From Candidatus Jordarchaeia archaeon (GTDB lineage Archaea > Asgardarchaeota > Jordiarchaeia > Jordiarchaeales > Jordiarchaeaceae): a DNA stretch of 64,000 nt. The notes beneath the pieces were generated by a model. It saw only the letters and a program-made list of their open reading frames with translations, was not told the DNA's origin and made no database searches. Position 1 is the first letter of the stretch. Each line of letters begins with the position of its first letter. This document shows positions 9,998 through 18,689 of this stretch, one piece after another. A program made the position numbers and the translations under genes. Where the stretch lies: NCBI GenBank assembly GCA_018383815.1, contig JAHAWU010000002.1:2650-66649 (forward strand), read 5' to 3'.

Positions 9998-11035
9998 CTA
10001 TTGGGGTTTTATTCGGGAGTGTGTGCGTCCACAATCGCAGGGTGTCCTATCCATTTTCGCCGTTACTTTGGTAAGGTATCGGATCATGGGGGTTCCTTTG
10101 GCGAATAGGTTTGTAATCACGAGTTTGCCTGCTTCACCGTCTCCGACTTTTTCGCCCGTTTTTTCGTCTACTATTTCTGCTATGAAGGCGTCCTCCCAAA
10201 TGTGTAAACCTTTGTGTTTTTCGCAGTCCATCATGTAGAACATGTTGTCTTGCACTTCTAGCATATTGTGTACTTTGGCCTTCCACCTGTCGCCTACTTC
10301 TTTGGTTTCCTTATCGCTGAGAATTCTTTGCTCCTTGAGTATTATGGTTTTGTATCCCAGTTCTTCGGGCAATATTTTGATCTGTTGGCATACTGCGGCC
10401 AGCTGCATCAGGTGGCTTGTGTCTGCTATGATTAGTGAGGGTTTAAGGAGTCTTGCGGTGGAGAAGGTTCTTGGGGCTTCTAGGGTAATTATTTCAAGGG
10501 TTATTGGGATAATGCCCAGTATTTCACTTACGCTAGGGCTTATCAGAAGGTTTGCGGCCATATACAGGCGGTTGAATGGTTCCCAGGCCCAGCATAGGGA
10601 TTGAATAGTATCCCCTGAGTAGACTCCGGCCATCATTAGGTTTCTTGCGAGGTGTTGTACTATGGTGTTGCGGTCGGAGTCGGTTATTCCAGTTATTAAG
10701 GGGTTTTCGGGCATGGGATGCTGATTTGGCCCATATACTGCTAGGAGTTCGTTTTCTGGGACGCAGAGCCTGCCTGAGTATTCGTCCCCGGTTTGCTTCA
10801 TTTCTGCTTGTAAGTCCTTAAGTTTCGTGAGTGGTAGTTTTTCCAGGTCGTTAATGTTTTTTATGTCGTCCAGTTTCACGCCAGATTTTTTGTAGAGTTC
10901 TTTGTAGAAGGGCGCTCTGTGGTAAACATAGTTTAGCTGCTTTTTTAGGAGGTACGTTTTTATTTCTTCTAATTGTTCCCTTTTCATGGATTCTATTTGC
11001 GGACTCCAAATTCTACCCAAAATTTCTCCCTCCAA
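9998..11035 (-). CDS. Degenerate, truncated PaaK-like paralog with no AMP-binding P-loop and no C-terminal domain
   Basis: It shares the N-terminal 'WSPQIESM...LNYVY' region and the core 'KGLHIWEDAFIAEIVDEKTGEKVGDGEAGKLVITNL...PMIRY...CDCGRTHSRI' with PaaK enzymes. The SSGTTG position reads 'YGPNQHPMPENP', and the protein ends right after CGRTH. Confidence 0.6.
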   Translation of the reverse strand: MEGEILGRIWSPQIESMKREQLEEIKTYLLKKQLNYVYHRAPFYKELYKKSGVKLDDIKNINDLEKLPLTKLKDLQAEMKQTGDEYSGRLCVPENELLAVYGPNQHPMPENPLITGITDSDRNTIVQHLARNLMMAGVYSGDTIQSLCWAWEPFNRLYMAANLLISPSVSEILGIIPITLEIITLEAPRTFSTARLLKPSLIIADTSHLMQLAAVCQQIKILPEELGYKTIILKEQRILSDKETKEVGDRWKAKVHNMLEVQDNMFYMMDCEKHKGLHIWEDAFIAEIVDEKTGEKVGDGEAGKLVITNLFAKGTPMIRYLTKVTAKMDRTPCDCGRTHSRIKPQ

Positions 11036-11299
11036 TTTGGTAATGATTCATAAATTTTGTCAATTTAAATATTTGTATAGTAAATTTAAAACATACAATT
11101 CTATATTCCCAGGTTTAGCTACATCGAAGATGAAATGTGAAGGAATCTGGTTCAGTCGAAAAAAAGGCGTTGTCCTCCAATCATTAAAAAAGATAGATAA
11201 AACCATATATACCCTTCATGATGTCGTAATGAAAAAATCTAGCATCTATATATAGAATTTGAATAATAAGGGTTGAAAAAAGGGTAATTCCAGTTTTGG

Positions 11300-12034
11300 G
11301 TGGTGAATGTTTTGGATGTGTTTGAAGCTATCTACACTAGGAGAAGTATGAGATACTTTAAGGAAGGTGAAAAAATTCCGGACTGGAAGCTTGAGCGAAT
11401 ACTGGATGTGGCTCGGTGGGCTCCATCAGGAGAAAACATGCAGTATTGGAAATACATAGTTATCCGTGACCAGGAAGTTAAGAGGTGGATAGCAGACATC
11501 TCAGAAGAAACCGCAATAATGGTTATGGGCAGAGATCCTTGGAGTGTTACTCAGGACAGGCAATGGTTTATGCCCGAAGAACTGAGACCCTACGCGTTTC
11601 AAGGCTTCACCAAGGTGGTGAGATATCCAGAGACTGCCGACGTTGTTCTCATTCCTTGCATCACTCCCGCGGACACCGACTATCCCACAGGTATGGGTGA
11701 GGCGTCGTACCACCCCTATGTGGGAATTGGTGCAGGAATCCAGAACATTTGGTTGGCAGCCACAGCACTTGGCGTAGGCTGCGGCTTTAATGCGGTTGCA
11801 GTGGCGGACACAAGAAGAAGTGAAGAACTCTTCGACTATCTGGGAATCCCAAGGAGTGTTAAGCCCATTACCGCCCTCTGCCTGGGGGTGCCAGCTTTCC
11901 TCAGGGCTGCGGCGCCTTCAAGGTATCCCTTGGAGAGCATAATGTATGAGGAAGTGTGGGGCAATCCCTACCGGAGATTGGATTACCGAGAGAAGAAAAC
12001 TGAGAAAATGGTTTCAACAGTTTCTAGCCCTTAG
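11300..12034 (+). CDS. Nitroreductase family protein
   Basis: N-terminal 'AIYTRRSMRYFKEGEKIPDWKLERILDVARWAPSGENMQYWKYIVI', typical of the NADH/FMN nitroreductase fold. Confidence 0.8.
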   Translation: MVNVLDVFEAIYTRRSMRYFKEGEKIPDWKLERILDVARWAPSGENMQYWKYIVIRDQEVKRWIADISEETAIMVMGRDPWSVTQDRQWFMPEELRPYAFQGFTKVVRYPETADVVLIPCITPADTDYPTGMGEASYHPYVGIGAGIQNIWLAATALGVGCGFNAVAVADTRRSEELFDYLGIPRSVKPITALCLGVPAFLRAAAPSRYPLESIMYEEVWGNPYRRLDYREKKTEKMVSTVSSP

Positions 12035-12045
12035 AGGAGGATTAA

Positions 12046-12315
12046 ATGTTGAGTGAAAATGTTATTTCTGTGAAGCTTTCCCGAGACATATTTGAGGCTT
12101 GGAAGGCTATGGCTGAGAAGCATGGCTGGGAACTATCCAAGCTTCTTAGCTTTGTTTTAACTCAGTTCGTGGTTCAGGATGGTTCAATATACAGTGGGAC
12201 ATGGAAAAGTAAGGGTGTAGACTTGGGGAGGAAGGTAATAATTGAGTGGCCCACCTTTCCTTCCACAATAACTAAGGCCGAGATAATAGATGTAAAGTTT
12301 GAGGAGATGAGGTGA
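12046..12315 (+). CDS. Small hypothetical protein, possibly ribbon-helix-helix-like
   Basis: 89-aa ORF that directly abuts the next ORF. No confident motif. Confidence 0.3.
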   Translation: MLSENVISVKLSRDIFEAWKAMAEKHGWELSKLLSFVLTQFVVQDGSIYSGTWKSKGVDLGRKVIIEWPTFPSTITKAEIIDVKFEEMR

Positions 12316-12561
12316 ATGGCTGAGTGGCGGGGAAAACCTAGAAGAAGTCTAGGTGAATTGTCACCCTACTGGCACAGGAGCCCTTACCTAGCAAAGTTCT
12401 TTGTGCAGGCAGCGATGCCTAAAGTGATGGCAACCCTTTCCTACGAGATGTTTGAAAGACTCACAGAGGCTGTGGAGAGGAGGTTTGGAACGTTTTCGGC
12501 CATCACTTTAAATAAGGCAGTAATTGAGGCTTTGGAGAAATGGATAGCCGAGCAAAGATAG
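12316..12561 (+). CDS. Small hypothetical protein, possibly ribbon-helix-helix-like
   Basis: 81-aa ORF starting on the base after the previous stop. 'ATLSYEMFERLTEAVERRFG...AVIEALEKWIAEQ' is RHH-like. Confidence 0.3.
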   Translation: MAEWRGKPRRSLGELSPYWHRSPYLAKFFVQAAMPKVMATLSYEMFERLTEAVERRFGTFSAITLNKAVIEALEKWIAEQR

Positions 12562-12574
12562 GGAGGCCGCAGAA

Positions 12575-12937
12575 GTGTCTGAGCTTAAAAGAAGATTGAA
12601 GGAAATGGTTGAAAGGATCAACCAATCGCCAAACTTACTTGACATCGTAAAAGAATGGATAGACGGATATGATGGAAAAACTATAGGCTTCAAAATGCCT
12701 AACGAGGCGCTCTACATAGTCTTTGGCAGAGGAGAGGTGAGAATGGTTGAGGGTGAACCCGCATCTTTCGACTTGATGCTTGTCTCAGAAGAGAAAAACC
12801 TAGTCGAAGGCGTTTTTAAAGATCCAACTAGGATGCGCCAATATTTGAAAGATGGCACAGTGACAATCTGGGGCAACCTGCACGAATTACTAAAATTTGC
12901 AGAGATAGCGATTAAAAGTACGCAAACAGATAAGTAA
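12575..12937 (+). CDS. SCP2 (sterol carrier protein 2)-like lipid-binding domain protein
   Basis: About 120 aa. 'DLMLVSEEKNLVEGVFKDPTRMRQYLKDGTVTIWGNLHELLKF' resembles the C-terminal SCP2 signature. Confidence 0.65.
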   Translation: MSELKRRLKEMVERINQSPNLLDIVKEWIDGYDGKTIGFKMPNEALYIVFGRGEVRMVEGEPASFDLMLVSEEKNLVEGVFKDPTRMRQYLKDGTVTIWGNLHELLKFAEIAIKSTQTDK

Positions 12938-13083
12938 ACTTTTACAGACACCAACTACTATATTTATCATAATGTATGTACAGAAAACTAGAAACAAAAA
13001 TTTTTAAGTAGAAATAAAAAGGGTTTAACAGCCTCAAGCCTCAAAATAGTATGGTGCCCATTTGATTTTTACAAGGTGATTGG

Positions 13084-13503
13084 ATGGGTAAGCAGCGTAT
13101 ATTTAAAGAAGGAATATTTAAAGAAGGATCTCTGGAAAGCGGCAATCCCATACTGGTAGGTAGCAAATGTAAATCCTGCGGCCAAATCTTCTTTCCAAAA
13201 AAGAGGGTTTGCCCCAAGTGTATGAGCATAGATGAAATGGGAGAAGTGGAACTCAACCGCAGAGGCAAAATATACTCCTACACAATTGCTTATGTTGGGC
13301 CTCTAGAATACGCGCCCTACGCCTTTGGCTTCGTCGAGTTACCTGAGGGCATAAGTATTTTCACCCATTTCACAGACTGCGAACCCTTTGAAGAAAAATT
13401 GAAAATCGACATGGAAGTGGAACTTACCTCGGGAAAAATTACCACAGACGAGGATGGAACAGAGGTAATCGGTTGGAAGTTTAGACCAGTAAAGGAGGGC
13501 TAA
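13084..13503 (+). CDS. DUF35 family Zn-ribbon/OB-fold protein, thiolase partner
   Basis: Zn ribbon 'CKSCGQIFFPKKRVCPKCMS' followed by an OB-fold segment. It lies immediately upstream of a thiolase. Confidence 0.8.
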   Translation: MGKQRIFKEGIFKEGSLESGNPILVGSKCKSCGQIFFPKKRVCPKCMSIDEMGEVELNRRGKIYSYTIAYVGPLEYAPYAFGFVELPEGISIFTHFTDCEPFEEKLKIDMEVELTSGKITTDEDGTEVIGWKFRPVKEG

Positions 13504-13510
13504 GTAGGGG

Positions 13511-14677
13511 ATGAGAGATGTTTATGTAATTGGAGTTGGCATGACAAAGTTTGGCAACTTCCCAATAAAGCCTGGAGTTAAAGAAATGGGGGAAGAAGCT
13601 TGCTTCAAAGCTATGAAGGATGCAAATGTGTACCCCAAAGATATTGAGGCAGGGTACTGTGGAGTTGTAGCAGGTGCCGGTGGCGCGCAAGGCCCCCTCG
13701 CAGGTAATTTAGCCATGAAGCAGGTGGGAGTAGTTGGTGTTCCGATAACTAGGTGTGAAAATGGGTGCGCTTCATCCTCCACCGCCTTCAGGGAAGCTTG
13801 GATATCAGTAGCAGCGGGTTTATACGATGTGGTTCTCGTTCTAGGTATAGAGAAGATGACTGGGCTTCCTACAAGAGAAATGCTTAAAGCCATGACTCAA
13901 GGAAGCGATTTGGAAATTGAGGGATTCATGGGGATGACTTTCCCCGGCGTATTCGGAATGATAGCAAATAGGCACATGAAGGAGTACGGCACAACTAGGG
14001 AACAAATGGCAATGGTTTCCGTTAAAAATCACCACAATGCCACAATGAACCCCCACGCCCACTACCCAAAAGAAGTATCCTTGGAAAAGGTTCTAAAATC
14101 ACCAATGATAGCTTACCCCCTAGGACTGCTGGACTGCTGCCCAATATCCGACGGCGCAGCAGCAGCGGTAATAGCAAGCCGAGATGTGGCAAAAAAATTC
14201 ACTGACACACCAATCAAAATTTTGGCAGCCGTCCAAAAATCAGGCACATTCCTGGAAAAGCTCAACGCCACAACTTTTGACATAACAGTAAGAACTGCAA
14301 AAGAAGCCTACAGAATGGCGAAAGTGGAGCCAAAAGACATAGACCTTGCGGAGGTTCACGACTGCTTCACGATAGCTGAAATCCTACACAACGAAGACTT
14401 GGGATTCTTCAAAAAAGGTGAAGGGGGAAAAGCGGTGGAAGAAGGAGAGACTCAAATAAACGCCAAAGTTTCAATAAATCCTAGTGGAGGACTACTAGCG
14501 AAGGGACACCCCGTAGGTGCGACCGGCGTGGCTCAGATCTGTGAGCTGGTCTGGCAGTTACGAGGCGAGGCTGGAGCAAGGCAGGTGGACGGCGCACAAA
14601 TCGGCTTAGCCCACTGTATGGGCAACTTTTCTCACGGAGATGGTGGAACCTGCAACGTAACCATCCTGGAAAGATAA
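13511..14677 (+). CDS. Thiolase (archaeal / SCP-x-type acetyl-CoA C-acyltransferase)
   Basis: 'VYVIGVGMTKFG', active-site region 'ENGCASSSTAF', C-terminal 'NPSGGLLAKGHPVGATG' and 'HCMGN..GG'. Confidence 0.85.
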   Translation: MRDVYVIGVGMTKFGNFPIKPGVKEMGEEACFKAMKDANVYPKDIEAGYCGVVAGAGGAQGPLAGNLAMKQVGVVGVPITRCENGCASSSTAFREAWISVAAGLYDVVLVLGIEKMTGLPTREMLKAMTQGSDLEIEGFMGMTFPGVFGMIANRHMKEYGTTREQMAMVSVKNHHNATMNPHAHYPKEVSLEKVLKSPMIAYPLGLLDCCPISDGAAAAVIASRDVAKKFTDTPIKILAAVQKSGTFLEKLNATTFDITVRTAKEAYRMAKVEPKDIDLAEVHDCFTIAEILHNEDLGFFKKGEGGKAVEEGETQINAKVSINPSGGLLAKGHPVGATGVAQICELVWQLRGEAGARQVDGAQIGLAHCMGNFSHGDGGTCNVTILER

Positions 14678-14708
14678 AAACAATTGAGCCAAATATGCTC
14701 TGTTGCAC

Positions 14709-14727
14709 TTATTTCTTTTTTATTTTG
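14709..14727 (+). terminator. Oligo-T tract, candidate archaeal terminator after the thiolase gene
   Basis: 'TTATTTCTTTTTTATTTT' begins about 30 nt after the stop at 14677. Confidence 0.3.
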
Positions 14728-14897
14728 AACCTTATTGGGCGAAATTTTTCTGTTAAATTAGTTCTCCCAGATGCTCGTACCTCTGGAAGTTTACTGGATT
14801 TTTTTCAGGGATCATTTTTGTGAGTTTCTCTTAAGATGATTATCCGTCCTAAGCGCTATTTTATTTTTATTGCTTCTTTATAAACCTCTACTGATAT

Positions 14898-15347
14898 TCA
14901 GAAATTGTTTTCAACCAGTTCATCTATTGATTTAAGGTGCTTTTTCTTGGAAATTAGTTGATTTCTGTATGCCAGCCTTAAGACATGTATTGTTCCATGG
15001 GGAGTTAGTTTTAATGTTTTGGCGGCCTCTCTGGTGTGTGTCTGATCCAAGAGTTGGGATGTCTCATTTTTTGCGAGGAGTAGAGCTTCAGCCTCACCTG
15101 CGTGGATTTTGAACGCTTTGGCTAATTTAGAAGCTTCATCTTCATTTATTTCTTCGAATCTAATCCAGCCTTCATTTATGGCTTCCTCGACAAGGTAAGC
15201 GTCAGGGTGGCCCTCAAGTTTCCCCCTTTCAACAGTCTACTTCCACACTTTATGAGATATAAATACTGTTTTGAATTTCTTCTGTAAAAGGTGAAGCATG
15301 TTAATCTTTGACAGATAAATGAGGGGAGTAGCGTTGGGGACTATCAT
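14898..15347 (-). pseudogene. DUF3368-type PIN-like toxin gene interrupted by an in-frame TAG
   Basis: My translation is MIVPNATPLIYLSKINMLHLLQKKFKTVFISHKVWK-[TAG 15237-15239]-TVERGKLEGHPDAYLVEEAINEGWIRFEEINEDEASKLAKAFKIHAGEAEALLLAKNETSQLLDQTHTREAAKTLKLTPHGTIHVLRLAYRNQLISKKKHLKSIDELVENNF. This is a 150-codon frame with one internal stop. Confidence 0.6.
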
Positions 15348-15520
15348 TGGCTGTCAGCAGCCTCAATGTCTTCCATAAGGTCGCGTAAATTTTACTGGTA
15401 CGGGATTCCCTTTTCTGCAGCCTTCTTAATCATTTCTCTCAGGCTGACATCGCACATTTCTGCAGCTTTTCAGAGGGTTATCTTTCCCTCACTTTGACAC
15501 CCCCCACGAATGAAGTTGGG
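15344..15520 (-). pseudogene. UPF0175-type antitoxin remnant with in-frame TGA and TAA and no start codon
   Basis: My translation is ...EGKITL-[TGA 15470-15472]-KAAEMCDVSLREMIKKAAEKGIPYQ-[TAA 15392-15394]-NLRDLMEDIEAADSQ. Its stop overlaps the ATG of the downstream PIN-like pseudogene (ATGA-type junction). Confidence 0.45.
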
Positions 15521-15596
15521 GGATTCTTGGAAGCTTTTTAAGGCCTCCAATGGTGTGCCACCGCCCAGTTAACGTGCCCTCCATTATAGACGGCAC

Positions 15597-15872
15597 CTAT
15601 CCAACACAAGTATATTTATCAATACGACGGCTTATTAAACTTTTTTTGGCATACATATTACATTGCGCCCGATTCATTCCCACGGCTAGAGTCAGGGGCT
15701 TTCTCGCCAACGCTTTGTAAATTTTTATTGCTTTCTGAGTTTTCCAGTCCCTAATGCCCAAGGATAAAATCATTTTGATAGCAGTGGATCTGTCAACTTT
15801 GAAGTTCTTCATATACTCCTCTATCTCATGAGCCAACTCCTCATCAATCCTGGCAGTTATAACAATAGTCAT
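15597..15872 (-). CDS. Small RHH/UPF0175-like putative antitoxin-type protein
   Basis: 'MTIVITARIDEELAHEIEEYMKNFKVDRSTAIKMILSLGIRDW' is RHH-like. The start is placed at the internal ATG. Weak call. Confidence 0.35.
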   Translation of the reverse strand: MTIVITARIDEELAHEIEEYMKNFKVDRSTAIKMILSLGIRDWKTQKAIKIYKALARKPLTLAVGMNRAQCNMYAKKSLISRRIDKYTCVG

Positions 15873-16166
15873 AAAAACCCACACGTATACAAATATAGGA
15901 AATTGTATATAGCCCTAACCATAACCACAAAAGATGACGTAGAATAGTTTGGTTAAGCCTCAAAAAAGAGCGTCTACAAAGCTCCTTACCTGAAGGCGTT
16001 ACGAGAGGAACCACGCCAAATAAATCCATATCGCCACCCGCAAGAAAGGGTATGAAAACCAATCTTCAAAAACAGTTTTAACCACAAATTTAACTTTTCA
16101 AATGCTAATAACCTCCTTAAGGTTTATCCTTAAGGTTTATATCTGGAGAGTGGTTTTGTATTTCTT

Positions 16167-16877
16167 ATGAGTCTCCGGGAAGAATTCTTGGAACTTTTGA
16201 AGAGGGACGAAGAGTTCAGATACACTGTCTTAGGTTACCTTGGGTTAGATGAGATAACCCGAAGAATGGATGCCTACCAGTCAACACAAACAAAAATCTG
16301 GGGGGACATTAGGGGCATCAAGGAAGACCAGCTCAAAATCTGGGAAGAGATTAAGGGACTCAGAGAGGAGCAGACAAAAATCTGGGAAGAGATTAAGGGA
16401 CTCAGGGAAGATTTTAACAAGATGTTGGGTAGAATGGAGTTGTTGGAGAAGGGCCATGTAGATATTAGGCAGACCGTGGAGGGGTTACGTTCTGAGCTTT
16501 TTGTGGGTTTTGATTCTATGAGAGTGTTTGTAGGGGTGAGTTTAGAGGAGTTTGTGAAGGTTTGGATGAGTGGCGTTCTTAGGGAGCGGGGAATTCTTCC
16601 AGTGGGGACCAGTTTAGATAGGGCGATAATAGATGGGGAGGAGATAAATCTTTTCTGTGAGGAACCCTTGATAGTTGGAGAAGTTACTGCCCACGCGGGG
16701 AGTGTCGAGGAAATATCTAAGCTTTTGAGGAAGGTTGAAGTTGCAAAGAAGAAATACAAGAAGGACCCCCGATACCTGTTTCTACGTGTCTTGACGGCTC
16801 CGAGTAGCGTGGCTAAAGAAATGAAAAGGCTAGCTAGAGTGAAGAACATAGACCTCGTAATAGGAAAGGAATCTTAG
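16167..16877 (+). CDS. Coiled-coil protein with a C-terminal restriction-endonuclease-like (PD-(D/E)XK-like) domain, DUF3782-like architecture
   Basis: The N-terminal half carries a 14-aa repeat (KIWGDIRGIKEDQL / KIWEEIKGLREEQT / KIWEEIKGLREDFN). The C-terminal 'DRAIIDGEEINLFCEEPLIVGEVTAH' resembles a D...E-x-K-type nuclease core. Tentative call. Confidence 0.45.
   Translation: MSLREEFLELLKRDEEFRYTVLGYLGLDEITRRMDAYQSTQTKIWGDIRGIKEDQLKIWEEIKGLREEQTKIWEEIKGLREDFNKMLGRMELLEKGHVDIRQTVEGLRSELFVGFDSMRVFVGVSLEEFVKVWMSGVLRERGILPVGTSLDRAIIDGEEINLFCEEPLIVGEVTAHAGSVEEISKLLRKVEVAKKKYKKDPRYLFLRVLTAPSSVAKEMKRLARVKNIDLVIGKES
16293..16418 (+). repeat. Three tandem 42-nt (14-codon) repeats inside the coiled-coil gene
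   Basis: Copies 2 and 3 (16335-16376 and 16377-16418) share 'AAAATCTGGGAAGAGATTAAGGGACTCAG' exactly. Copy 1 (16293-16334) is diverged. Confidence 0.8.
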
Positions 16878-17344
16878 ACCGCATACAAAAGGAAAAGAAC
16901 TAACATTTTCTAGTCAATATAATAATTATACCTGACCTGTTAATTAGATTCCGCCGATTTCAAATTTCCTTTACGCATCGAACTGTTCTTAAATTCTTTT
17001 TGCGTCCTATTTTGTGAGTTTTTAGTTGTCATTTAGGGTTACAGGAAAGAAGGAGACTTGCTTCTTTAAATGGTTAAAATGTTAGTGAAACTATTTCGGG
17101 GGGGATATTCTTTTCTGACGTTTCTGGAATCGACCCTGAAAATCACATATTTTTAAATTCTGACAACGCAGGGGTTTGACGAGGGATTACTCCTAGAGGC
17201 GACTCGGAAGAGGGAGGATTGTAATTAGACCTTGCAATGAGACTCTGGAGGGGCGAGCTGGAAATGAAGTAAATTTTTTCTGTCAGGGAATGCATCTAAA
17301 GTTTTTGTGGTGTGGGTAGCATGGGATGTATGTGGCGTGGTTGT

Positions 17345-17638
17345 TTACTTGATTTTTTTCGCGTGTTCTATTGCTCTTTTTTGTTGGTTTAGGGTGATGT
17401 TTCCGCGTATTCCTTTGTTTAGGAGTATTTCCAGCATACTTCTCAGGCTAACACCGGCAAGTTGTGCAGATTCTCCGAGGGTGATTTCTCCATCGCTGTA
17501 TAGTTTTGCAGCGTATTCTATTAGTCCTTCTCTTAGAAGTTTTCGTATGGCGGTGGATTCTTCTATGTCTTCCTTCTCTGCTGTGTAGGCTATGCCTTTT
17601 AAAATTTCTTCAGGTAATCTTATGGTTTTAGTTTTCAT
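17345..17638 (-). CDS. UPF0175-family antitoxin-like protein
   Basis: 'MKTKTIRLPEEILKGIAY...AAKLYSDGEITLGESAQLAGVSLRSMLEILLNKGI' matches the UPF0175 pattern. Its ATG overlaps the upstream ORF stop (ATGA). Confidence 0.6.
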   Translation of the reverse strand: MKTKTIRLPEEILKGIAYTAEKEDIEESTAIRKLLREGLIEYAAKLYSDGEITLGESAQLAGVSLRSMLEILLNKGIRGNITLNQQKRAIEHAKKIK

Positions 17639-18372
17639 TTTTCTTCTCCTCCTAATTCTTCCATGGCAAGGTGGTACTCCTCTTCGGAGACAAGATTTTT
17701 CAATTTCTTTATGATTTCTCTGGTCTTCTCCAAGTTTAACGCTCCTTTCCAATAAACATGGAGGATAACTGTAGATGGTGTGAGGTAGGGAATATTAATT
17801 GCGTCAATTATTCTTATGAATTTGGAGTCATCGCTGGACACCGCATCGAAATTTCCAGATTTGAACAGGCGGAAAGCGTCTGCTTCGCCTTCACCTAAGC
17901 CAAGGTTTTTTATGGGCGTAAAAAGTTTTTAGTGCAAGTCGCTGGATGGCTTCTTCAGACTGGGGCTTTGTGTTTTCTTCTGCATATGGTTTAGTTCTCT
18001 TCATTGATTCCCCCTTTTGCCGAAAGGAGCCCTAATAGAGCTTCTTTCCGGATGAAGTCTAACCCCCCTTTTTCTGGGGAACATTTGTCCCCAAACACGC
18101 CCCACATCCCAAAAATGCATTAAAAACTTTTTATGCCCTTTTTTATTTCTCCTTCTATGTCTGGATTCCTAGCTCACTCCTTTTCCTTAATTCTCTTTCT
18201 CTTCAAGTTTTCATCTATTTCAAAAGCGTCGGCAAAACCCTCCTTCTTCGCAACAGTAACGCATTCTTCCCTGACTTTAGGTTGAATGTATACTCAACAT
18301 TATCCAAAATTATATCTTTTACACCTACCTTAGTTACCTTGATGAGGGAGTCTGAGTTAATAACCAGTTTCA
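17635..18372 (-). pseudogene. Disrupted PIN-like toxin gene with N- and C-terminal fragments in different frames
   Basis: The N-terminal fragment from the ATG at 18372 reads 'MKLVINSDSLIKVTKVGVKDIILDNVE'. It then shifts frame to '...YIQPKVREECVTVAKKEGFADAFEIDENL'. The C-terminal fragment '...LGLGEGEADAFRLFKSGNFDAVSSDDSKFIRIIDAINIPYLT...' ends at 17635 and is preceded by an in-frame TAA. Confidence 0.4.
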
Positions 18373-18689
18373 TGTATTCTATTGTAATAATTTTCTTATA
18401 AAAACTTTCTATAAGAACTTTAATGTCTTAGAGAAAACAAATAAGGAATAACTCTAACAAGATTCATCAATTTTTGATTTAAAAAAATCATAACATAATA
18501 AAATAGAACTAGGACGAAAACCGATTTGTTCCTCAAACTCTTCCATTTTAATAGGATGTCTGTGCCCATATATTTAGAGATTTTACAGCCTTTTTCCGGT
18601 GGTTTCGTTTAACACACAGATATGGATAGAGTAGATACAAATCAATTGGCTCTTTTAAAATCGAACTATCCAAAGTAATGACTGTAACG

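Noticed and set aside
15237-15239. The in-frame TAG in the DUF3368 PIN-like gene as a possible pyrrolysine codon.
   Set aside because: The adjacent partner gene carries in-frame TGA and TAA and has lost its start, so the module is simply decaying. No Pyl-related genes or methylamine methyltransferases are present in the window.
17165-17275. A locally GC-richer segment in the 16878-17344 intergenic region, considered as a possible ncRNA.
   Set aside because: I could not identify C/D boxes, a stable hairpin series or similarity to known RNA families by eye, and no coding frame has a start.
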